This document shows positions 34,867-44,301 of a stretch of 44,301 nt of DNA, one piece after another. The first letter of the stretch is position 1. Each line of letters opens with the position of its first letter. Under the pieces are notes generated by a model, which was given only the letters and a program-made list of their open reading frames with translations, was not told where the DNA came from and searched no databases. The translations under genes were made by a program, and so were the position numbers. Origin of the DNA: Eremomyces bilateralis CBS 781.70 (Eukaryota); NCBI GenBank assembly GCA_010015585.1, contig ML975196.1. One strand, given 5' to 3'.

Positions 34867-36271
34867 AGGCTGGGGAGAAGGATGAGCCGAATCCATGGTT
34901 AGCGTGCAGTAGATGGCACAAGTATTTAGGCGATTTAGACCGGGAGGATTTAATGGCGTCGGTAGCCAAGCCTGGCGATGGTGGGAAGGATACCGACCCA
35001 TTAGAGCAAACGGTATGGAAGGCCATGACGGACGTTACCCGGATCAGTCAGGAAACGGTATCGAAAACCGGCATGTTCATCCGGTTAGAAGTCGTTCGGA
35101 CGGAGGAGTATCAGACGAAATATGTGCCGTTAGAGATCTATTAGGATCCGGATTCCATCGACCGACGAGCACAGCCATAGAGACAGATATTGATGTTTTT
35201 TATCCGAACCCAAAAACAGCACGAATGGGAGAGTCCAGCGTATAAGTTCACCTAGGCGCAGATGTAGGCGTTTGTCCGGTTAATAGCGGAGGCCGAGAAA
35301 GTATAAGACGAAACGGAGGAGGGAGAAGAGGACCACAACGACGGCGGCGACGACGACGACGACGAACCACGTCTAGACAAGAGCGACGAGTTCCCCACGA
35401 TGACACCCGTTCAAACAGCATGCTTAGAGTTTTGCATCCAGTTATTGAACCACAAAGTCATGCGGAACGAGTACGAAAGTGCGTTGGTATGCGTCCTAGC
35501 TGTACTAGGCGTTAATGGGGACACATGGAGGGATCCAGAGACATATCCACCTATCTTGTCGTCCACTATCAAGTGTGCCCGGTTTATGGTTATCCAGAAA
35601 GCTGTGAATATGGCCGGTCCCCTAGAAGAGCCAGATAGATATCGACAAGGGACGGTAATCGATTTCGAGGGTAGTAATAGCGGGTACGAAAGTAGCAACC
35701 GGTCCCTATCCCTAGGAGCATCCCTAGGAGCATCCCTAGGAGCATTCCCACCCGAAAGGTCGTCCCAGACATCCCTTAGAACCGCAACATTCCCATAGTC
35801 TAGCCCACGCGTTCGGTTCGGCCGATCGAGCCGCCAATCAGACGAGCCGGACTGTTTGGAATAGGTTAACCGGATGATAGATGGGTTCATGGTTCGCGGC
35901 AGCAAAAGCCCTATGCAATGGATGTTGAATCTGCGCACGTATAGGCTGAAGATCCATTATAACACGACCGCTCGCGGCCATGTCGAGTGGAACGACGGCG
36001 AGACGTTACTGTACAAGGGCACTCAGTTCAGTATGGCCCAGTTCCGCGGTATGGTCCACGGATTACTGTTCGAGACGCGCCAGATTATGGCTGAATTATT
36101 ATTTTGTACTAACGACGGAGCGGGAGACATGCCCATCGTTCCATGGGAGTTATTACGCGACGACCCGACCAATGGACGCCCCGGATGGAACTTTTTACAG
36201 GACCAACGGACCCGATTCCCTGTGAATGGAGAGACATGGCTGTTTGACAGAATTAGCGAGCACGAGGCAAT
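34867..36271 (+). pseudogene. Internal fragment of a fungal DUF3505/telomere-associated RecQ-helicase-like gene, RIP-inactivated
   Basis: One frame with many TAG stops: EPNPWL..RWHKYL, ACLEFCIQLLNH..EYESALVCVLAVLG, YPPILS..IKCARFMV, FMVRGSKSPMQWMLNLRTY.LKIHYNTT, FRGMVHGL, GWNFLQD. Family recognised from recalled motifs; helicase motifs are not in the fragment. Confidence 0.75.
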
Positions 36272-36562
36272 TGAACCCTTCTCCTTCTCCTTCTTTAAGG
36301 ATCAGTCTAAGTATTGAGGCACAGATATTATCAATCTATACCGCTTGACTCGTCCACCACTCGTCTATTACTCGTGACTATCTCACTCTATGCCCATAAC
36401 CATCTCGTGACCTTACATTAAGGTTAGGTTGTGATTTTGTGTCTGTCCCTCGTGCGTCCACAAGGACCTTACGGAACTTCGTTCCTCCAGGCAAAGGGCG
36501 GCATAAACCTTGAGTTCCTCAAGGCACTGTAGTATCGAATCCACTTGACTCGAACCCTTACA
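36272..36562. mobile_element. Probable solo LTR with near-perfect TSD (GCAAT/GCGAT)
   Basis: TG...CA ends; abruptly interrupts the DUF3505-like frame; 5-bp flanks differ by one G/A transition. Confidence 0.55.
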
Positions 36563-36651
36563 GCGATTAATGTTATAACACGTCGGTTTTCTTTGTAGTT
36601 TTCGATATGCCTCGCTCTATTTACGCTCCGCTAGCTAATTCACTTAGTATA

Positions 36652-36714
36652 TATAAGGGTCTCACTGTAGGGAATCTCCAATCGTGAGGCAAACATAAAG
36701 GAGGAATCTATCTA
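36652..36714. repeat. Fragment of LTR family F
   Basis: GTCTCACTGT(A/C)GGGAATCTCCAATCGTGAGGCAAACAT...AAGGAGGAATCTATCTA is shared with 30448-30525. Confidence 0.75.
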
Positions 36715-36727
36715 TGCTTTATTCCTG

Positions 36728-38608
36728 TCAAACTATATCAAAGTCACGTAGTTGAGCCTCCCAGTCACTGCTATCCAACATCTCCCCGTCCATCAAGCCC
36801 AAGACAAAGCACTCGCCAACCAGGGAATAGCATCCCTCCGCATAGCGCAGAACCACTGGAACGCAGCATCCAGGCAAGACACAAACCTGATCGCCTATCT
36901 GCGTCCACTTGGGAGTAAGTCCTATGTATCCCGAGCTCGTCATAATGAAGGCCCAATTCTTAGCAGCACCTAGCGTGAACGAGAAGCGGCCTAGTCCCAT
37001 GTCTCTCGTCTCGTTTCGTTGTGTCTCTGCTTCCCATTCCTAGTAAGCCTTTCCGACATCAGGGTCGTCTTGCTATAGCATGAAAACAACCATCGCTTAA
37101 GCGAGGGGCATGCCTAACTATGTAGCAAAGGCGCTAATTTCCTGTAGAAGCAGACTCGATATTTCTTCGTCGAGTGACAAGAACGTACAGAAGCTGATGG
37201 CGGGGCTGAAGAATGACGTGTCCTTTGGGTCCAATCGGCCCCCAGTCTTAGGATGTTGGCCAGTAAAGAAGGTTCGAAAGTATGCCTGAAGCTGCGGTAT
37301 ACCCATGGAGTCATATACGTCACTTTGTCCGCTCAATGCTAGCCTTAACCAGTTTATATAGGCATTATCTCGTAGGAGCTCAACGATCTCGATGCGTTCG
37401 AACAAGAGTCCTTTAACCATAAGTCTATTCCCTAGAACTGAACACCGAGGCTCTATATCCTTGGCCGCATGATAAAGCCCCTCCTCGAGCCGAGATTGAT
37501 AATCTATATTAGTCCAGTCGGGCACCCACGATGGCAATTGATTGTCACTACCCAGGGTCGAGACATTCCGTCCGGCTTCCTTAAGAATCGAAAGACTTTT
37601 GCTATGACTGATGTACGCGGCCACAAATTTGGTGTATACTTGATGTAAGGGAGTAATATAATTAATATTAAATCCAGGAATGGGCTTCGCGAGGTCAATG
37701 TAAGCGTAAATCTTGTCCCGGGCATCTTTCGCAGCAAACACTCGACACAAAGACAGCAGCTCCAAAAGTTCTACTGCCTCTGTCTTCGTGCTTATATTGA
37801 CCCACAGTAACAATCGAGCATTTACGCATGGGCTGTACATTGCCGCCGTAATTACGTCCTTTATGTCGGGCTTGATCTTAAGCTTCGAAGGCACCGTGAT
37901 GTTATCCGTCTGTAACACGCGTAGTGTATGGTAGAACGGATTAAAAGATATGCTCTTCGTGCCGCAGATTACGGAAACCTCCTTAGCGAGTACTGCTTCC
38001 TGAAGGGTCCAGATACGTGTCCACCAAGGGCGCTTTAACATCTGTGCTACGGCTATCCATCCTCTGTCGAGTAATAATTACGGGGCGCCGCAGTTATTAA
38101 TAAAGTCTACCGCCGCATCCACGCTTTTCAGGTCATAGTAGGCATTACCAAGCGTTTCAATAAAGACGAGAGCGAGAACACCGTCCTCCTGCGTGCCGCC
38201 TATCCAGATGAGAACGTGGTCTGCGTTGCGGTATATGTCGCCCATTAAGCGGACCTGCGCAGCGCGCTCGGAGAGATCCGTCTGGTCGATGCACAGCGCA
38301 TCTGCCCAAATGACCAATTTCTTCACCATTTGCGAGATGTTGCGCAGCGCGGACTCTAGATTTCGGGTGACATAGAACGTCTGGCCTTGCAATTCCAAGG
38401 GCACGGTATCATTTTCGTCCCCCTATATGTATAAGAGCGCAACGTACTTTTCACAATTGTTAAGAGATGTCCTATAAATCGAACACTGTAGAGGTAACGA
38501 TGTAGAGGAGGCACGCTCGACTATTAGTAGCCTAATCTCTCTTTTCTCGGTCGACAGTTGCTGGTAGATTCCTGCTAGTCCAGCTACTGGATTAATAGGG
38601 GATTGCAT
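36728..38608 (-). pseudogene. HET-domain (HET-6-like) heterokaryon incompatibility gene, RIP-inactivated
   Basis: EIRLL, YVALLYI*GD (from ALSYxWGD), VTRNLESALR, IWADALCIDQ..ERAAQVRLMGDIYRNA, RPWWTRIWTLQEAVLA, DARDKIYA, LPSWVPDW, GDQVCVLPG..P.VLR..LVGECFV.GLMDGE. Same frame throughout, with several TAG/TAA stops. Confidence 0.92.
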
Positions 38609-38872
38609 CTTCGTAGAGCTATGTCGCTTGGCCTTAAAGAGTTAGTACAACGAGAGTCCGCGCATTTGGGGCATCTAAGGGTATCGAAATCTCCTGTAGG
38701 CTGTAGCGAGCGCTACAAGCGCACCAGGAACTCTGTCTAAGGTTCGGAAACTTGCTATACAGTGTCAGGGAGTGCAGTAGAATCTCGTTATGGCGATTCC
38801 CGGATAACGATAATCCCGGTATAGCGATACAAATATGCCATTCCGATTTTTCCTTATATAAATTTCCCCTGG

Positions 38873-39600
38873 TGTCATGGGCCCAAACCACGAAGGATTT
38901 GGTAAGCTGGTAATGCTGTTGAATTGCTAAAGAGAGAAGGAGAAGATCTCTCTTACTGCGATCTGCTATTTACATCTATGGGCAAACGGTCTACCCATCC
39001 CTTCTGCCTTAGGCCGTAAGGCTACAATATACAGACTGGGCAAAGCCTAAGACTATTATAAAAGGTCTCTCCTCCCTTTTAAGGAGGCCGTCTATCTCCT
39101 ACCCTTAACGCTTCGGAAGCAATGTTTCGGCCCGTCTAAGCTTCGTAGTCATCTAATGCGACAGTATCTTAAACTATTGCGATATCCTCCCACGTCGGGT
39201 CTACGTAGCCGGTCCATTAGCACAGGCATTAGCGCTTCAGAGGTCCTCCTCGGCCGCGGCCTCGAACGACTCGGTCTGCCAGGATCTTTTCGAGCTCCTA
39301 CTCTTTTTCGCTATCTACTAGTATTAGGTCTGGTTAAACATCGTCTTAAACTTGAGTCGGGAAGGGATTATCTGACGTAGGGCGGAGAAGCGACTCGTGG
39401 AAAACGTTATAACGTTCCCCTGGTGTGTTAAGCCGATAGGCGCTTCCTCCGATGGCTTCTAAAACCGTAAACCGGTGGTGGAGCGGGCTAAGCTTTTTCT
39501 TTCGTAAACGGTCACTCTTCCAGTAGCGGATATCGAGCCAAACTTTATCTCCTACTTAGTATTTCGGGGCTAGTGTAAGGACATAAGCCTCCTGTAGTCA
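38873..39600 (-). mobile_element. 3' end of a Ty3/gypsy chromovirus (integrase tail, chromodomain, PPT, 3' LTR 39060-38873, family B), RIP-mutated; right boundary approximate
   Basis: Minus strand FTVLEAIGGSAYRLNTP..NVFHESLLRP...LEKILADRVVRGRGRGG...*WTGYVDPTWE; purine tract AAAAGGGAGGAGAG before the LTR; LTR matches 17410-17597. Confidence 0.88.
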
Positions 39601-40055
39601 TGTGACCCTGTCACATGACTAGAACATAGAGAATTAGTATATATGGTTTCGGGCATCCTGCATAAGCACTCATCGAGGCGAGGCGAGGAGCCAATTCTGA
39701 AGTCGCATTTGCAATGACCAACGGCTGGTGTAACTCACATAGCGCAGCCAAGACGGAAACTGTGATCCTGCAACATTTCACTACGATTCCAGTCCATCCA
39801 ACGCAGGTCAAGAGAAATGCAAGTCATAAGATCCGGCGACTCTCATCTGCCCTGACCTCCTGTAGAGTATACCTTCGAGACCGACTCTGGTGTCTTATGA
39901 GGGTATCCACGATCACCCGACCACCAGGATGCCTCGTTTTTCTCTCACCGACTGAAGTTTACAATTGCTATCGTCGCATCACGAAACCAACACAATAAGA
40001 AGTCAGCTACTTGCGTGCATGTGGTACTTATTGCCAAATTTGCAGCTAAATCACC

Positions 40056-40824
40056 ATGTCGGAGGCCACACTTGACAAGCCATTCAACGACTTTGTTACT
40101 TCGTAGGTCGACAATAATCTTATCATAATGGCTCATTGACTCATCGAATAGCGTGATTCCGCTGTATTCAGGTCCACAGGTCACCGTTCGAATTGGATCG
40201 ACAAGCCGCGAATACAAGCTCTCAAAAGCTCTCCTCTGCAACCAATCGCCGTACTTCAAAGCCACATTCGAAGGGAACTTTCAAGAGGGGAAAGAGCAGT
40301 CTACAACATTGAAGGAGGAGGATGGTATAGTTTCAATTCAGAGCTTTGAATTACTGGTACAATGGTTATATCTTGGGCGAGTCATCTTGGGCGATTCGAC
40401 ACCGACAGATTCAATCACTGCTATTGTCGAATTTGTAAAAATTGCCGACATGTGTGGTGTTACCGGCATGGAGGGCACCATGGCTGAGCAGATTAAAACT
40501 ATTATCCTCGCAGATCCCGCTCACAGGTACCCCTTGGACTCGAACACTTATTGCCTGAACTCAAACCATATCGTCTCAGCCGCAGGTCTCCCTGACGGAC
40601 ACCCAGTGCGGAAAGTGTTGGCCGCCGCTGTAGCAGGAGAATTCTTCCGAGCGGATAACCATAAGTTCTCCAAGGAGGTCAAAGAGGTCGCAAGCTTCGC
40701 GTCTGACCTGTTAGAAGCAATAAGGGATACTCTCAAATCACACAAAATTGGGAGTTATAGTGTGCATGTAACAGATCCTCTGAGTGGCGTAGATAGGTAT
40801 CTACGTAAAAAAGAAGACGATTGA
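40056..40824 (+). CDS. BTB/POZ-domain protein; exons 40056-40102 and 40152-40824
   Basis: MSEATLDKPFNDFVTS|VIPLYSGPQVTVRIG..YKLSKALLCNQSPYFKATFEGNFQEG..TLKEED..FELLVQWLYLG. Confidence 0.88.
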
Positions 40825-40873
40825 GAAGGAGGTCATGCAATGTTGTTGTGGGAAGAAGCAAGTACAGTCATCT

Positions 40874-41353
40874 TCAATAGTCGTAGGACTCCGCGCAGTG
40901 CCCGCACCAATCACAGTCCTTATCACATAACGTCCAATCTTGATCAAGCTGCATATTTGTCATTTGCCCGGTGAGACTGTTGATCTTCCAACCCCTTATT
41001 GCTCCCATCCCCGCTGACGTTCGGTCTTCTGATCCTATTATCGACGTAGAAACCACTACCGAACCAGTAGCAACATGCCGTACGGCCCTCTGGTGATCCC
41101 TCAAGCCCTGTATAGTCCGGAAATGTCTTTTGCATGTGTCGCACTTGAACATGGTATCGTGGGATGGGGAGCGCTGGTGCTGCAGTAAAGCCTTTTCACT
41201 GCAAAACTGCTGCGTGCAGAGCGAGCATTTATGTGCGACGGCGGGCGTTTGATTTTTGGCTCCGATATGGCTTCTAAGGGCTTTGCGATCAGGAAACCCC
41301 TTTTCACAGATAGGACATCGGTGCTTAACGCTAGCGCTTGTCGTTGAAGGCAT
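40874..41353 (-). CDS. Small C2H2-type zinc-finger protein, 159 aa
   Basis: CPICEKGF..LRSH, CSLCTQQF..LLQHQRSPSH, CDTCKRHF..LRDHQRAVRH; C-terminal CDKDCDWCGHC. Confidence 0.8.
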   Translation of the reverse strand: MPSTTSASVKHRCPICEKGFPDRKALRSHIGAKNQTPAVAHKCSLCTQQFCSEKALLQHQRSPSHDTMFKCDTCKRHFRTIQGLRDHQRAVRHVATGSVVVSTSIIGSEDRTSAGMGAIRGWKINSLTGQMTNMQLDQDWTLCDKDCDWCGHCAESYDY

Positions 41354-41723
41354 CGTTCAGAGGGAGGACGGCGGGTTTGACAGCTGAAATCGTGATATTG
41401 CCTAAGGTTAGTGAGCGTAGATGCTTGAGCTTTGAGAATCATTACTGTACCTCACAGCTGTCACAGTGCTAAGCAGGGAGATCTGTATAGTCACAGTCTA
41501 CATTGGCTAGCTAGTATCGGACCAAACGAAAGATGAAGAAGAGGAAAAGAAGACGGAGAGGAGAGAATCCCTCCTACATAGTGCTTGACTCCTTTGTGTA
41601 ATCTCGCGTTTGTGGTCAACGGTAGATTTTTCGTGCGCCTTTCACGAGTCCTGCAGCAAGAGCTAATCCTGGTATTCCGGTACCTGCTACAACCTCCAGA
41701 GCTCCTCCATCACCTCTATCACC

Positions 41724-42496
41724 TCATACTCCTCGACGCCGTCGCAGCACCAGGAGTTCGTTTTCGGATACTCTGAAGTCATCACTGAAAGGTGCCCTGC
41801 GGACATCTGCCCATCTGTTTTCGGTAAGGACAAAGGACGCCCAGAGAGGGACACACTGTGGTGGGCATCTATTGTCACGAATGCAATTGATTATATTAAG
41901 GATTGGTGAAACTGTAGCTGAGACTGCACGAACTGCTGATTTGACACACTCCCTCTGATTGATATCATTAATCCGGCTCATTATCCATAGAGAGCACGAC
42001 CGGAGACGTAGCTTACACAGTCCCATTTGAGCAGTACGATATGATAATTCATCTGCATAAAAACCTGATTGATGCTGGCACAGCTTTCACGGAGGGCTCT
42101 GCTCTTCTGCGTTTCTGTCCGACTCGGATCCGCCGCAATTACCACCATTGTGTTGACTTTGCCCTTGATTGCGCCCATTTCTGCATCAATATCTTCAAGT
42201 TGAGAATTGAGGATATGCCCATCGTCATTTGGCTTGAATTCATCCCAGCGTTGTGCTTCGTAATTAACGCATTCAACCACGTATGGGACGATTGCAGGTA
42301 GGTTGTTCCCAATCGTCGCTATACCACTGTATTGATTGAATCGTATAATGAGATCGTTGTACTCGCGGCTGATTGTGAGTCCGGCATATGCACTAATGAC
42401 CACATTTCGGAGGGGTTGGAGATCGGCTATCTAGCCTTGGATTGCAGTCGCTGCGCTGGATGGGAATGAGGTAAAGATTCCGGTGGTTTGAGCCAT
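41724..42496 (-). pseudogene. Gene of unknown function with one premature stop; one predicted intron (~41956-42015)
   Basis: ATG 42496 MAQTTGIFTSFPSSAATAIQG*IADLQPLRNVVISAY... continues through the 140-aa ORF; a phase-0 GTAAGC..CAG intron joins RECVKSAVRAVS...; TAG at 42431-33. Confidence 0.55.
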
Positions 42497-44301
42497 GTTG
42501 ATTGATTGGAAATTTACTGAGTGAAATTTGGGAGTAGAAATTTGAAGACCTCATGAAGATGCAATGGAATTGAGGTGAAGAGTGTAGGATCGAAAGCCTG
42601 GGGGATCTTGCTTGATAAGGGAGGCCCATGTGAGAGACAAGTAATGAGTCACTTCCCCAGTGATCTTGAGAATGTGAGGTTCGATTGCCTGCCGTGACAA
42701 GACTACATAGCGAGGACCCGAATCGTCCTGGCTTCTCCGCAGACATGTAATTATCTTAGAGGTAGGATAGCAACAATTGCTGTGCGCAGTAAAGAGAGCG
42801 ATTTGATTAGCTTATTGCAATAGCTGGTTCGCTGATTGAACATGGACGGTTTAGAAACTCTTATTGCTAACGAGAGGGAAGCTTCCATCCCAGACATGCT
42901 AGCGAACGGTGCATCCCCTTGCTGAGAATCGATTCTAGATAGCAATGGCGAAAATCAACGTCGTCGGATGATTGAATAAGCAGCAGCCAAGAAGCTACTT
43001 GCGAAGGGTAAGATATCAATGAAGCAAGATAAGCCTTTCGATCTTCTTCAAGAGTTGGACTTGGAGGCAGGACATGTTCTTATAGCTGAAGAAATCGAGG
43101 CAGGCGGCCAGCCAATTGCATGGGAAACATCAAAGCAAACCCCAATCGATTGTACTTTGAAGCGAGCAATATGAGCGTATCCAGTCTTGACGCGTACTTA
43201 CCCAGTGATGTTGTATTCTAAGCCAACTATTATATTTTGCGGTGCTAGGTCGCCATGGTCGAGAGCGTACGGCGCGCCTTCTAGCTTGGTAAACAGCACT
43301 TGGGGAAGGAGACTTCTCTGGTGGATACAGACTTGCTCAGTTATGTCGGGAAGGCGGCCATTGCGTACTCGATAGGTATTGTTATCGATTCTCCTCGAGA
43401 AGAAATTTGTGGCTGGTTCCCCTGTAATGCCCAGTAAGCAGTTGATTTCGAAGGGGGGCAGCTAGACATACTGTTCTCTTGGGTACACTCAATGAGAGAT
43501 ATCTGTATCGCGGCAACTTGACCAAGTATTTTATTACGAATAGGCCTTGATGGGTAGCTAGGAGTCCAGCGAAGAGGCGAGCCTTTAATCCACGATAACA
43601 CCATAAACGAAATCCAACCGAGTTCTCGAAGGTGAAATTAGAACCATGGAATATTGGAGCCCAGAGAAAGCCATTCTCGCGAATCTTTCGAAGTATATCT
43701 TGTTTCTCTTGGAGGATGCTTATGATGGCGTCTTGGGAGTTACTCTGTACGTGGATCGGAATGCGTACAGACCAGGCTTCTCCGTTCGAAAAGATCGCTT
43801 TGAAGATACGAACTGACCACCATCCAAATAGTGCTCATCCAGTACCGGAATTTCGCCGCCAGTCCGGAAAGTGGAGATAACGATAGAGATGTTTTCCGAG
43901 TGGAAATTTTGCAACAAGACAGATGGCATCTTGGCTACCCTGAGAACTTGGATCCCAAATTTGGGATTCTATTTGCCGGCTTCTAAAAATAATTAGGGGT
44001 CACTTTCCTTATTGGCTGGGCATTTAATTGGCTGCAGGTCAGCCTCTAACTTGTTTGTGAACAGCATATAACGAAGCCCGTGTATACTGTACTAATTGCG
44101 TTATGACTCTACGGATACAGTAGCTGAGCTTAAGCATCATCCCCGCATAAATGCGACAAAGTCTGTAGGGGTCACCAAGGTCGCGGTGCGCCAGTGCTAT
44201 AGTGACGTGCCAGCTCTTGGCTTGTTCAATTATTTAAAAGTGGCTGGATCTGTGGCTGATGACCAGTCACTTCGCTTGGCAAATAAAATCAAGCTTGACT
44301 T

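Noticed and set aside
42940..43980. Coding-like stretch with several short ORFs
   Set aside because: All frames examined are interrupted and no domain was recognisable; it may be an old pseudogene but is unsupported.

Overview
This is filamentous ascomycete (Pezizomycotina) genomic DNA: short GT-AG introns with CTAAC-type branch points, a Zn2Cys6 factor, a HET gene and RIP-type mutations. It looks like an accessory, transposon-rich region. The left half (0.8-22.5 kb) carries a loose, backbone-less detoxification/catabolism-type gene set: an ABCB/MDR transporter, an F-box/LRR protein, a Baeyer-Villiger monooxygenase (BVMO), a Zn2Cys6 transcription factor, an SDR remnant, and a divergent NAD(P)-binding epimerase/SDR pair. 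The right half carries a GPI-type cell-surface protein, a single-pass membrane protein, RIP-inactivated DUF3505/RecQ-helicase-type and HET genes, a BTB protein, a C2H2 protein and an unknown gene with one premature stop. The genes are interleaved with nested TE debris: two Tad1-like LINEs, more than ten short LTRs (several with exact 5-bp TSDs), Ty3/chromovirus and copia fragments, a DD34E Tc1 transposase, a hAT remnant and several MITEs. The most notable observations are (1) a BVMO intron whose donor reads GA instead of GT at the catalytic Arg codon, (2) a CAC...GTG element with a 5-bp TSD (Transib/CMC-like ends) in the BVMO promoter, (3) TSD-less solo LTRs that appear to mark deletions, and (4) a clear RIP gradient between LTR copies. 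No Starship captain, PKS/NRPS, rRNA, tRNA or CRISPR was found. Exon and element boundaries were read by eye; no database searches were run.
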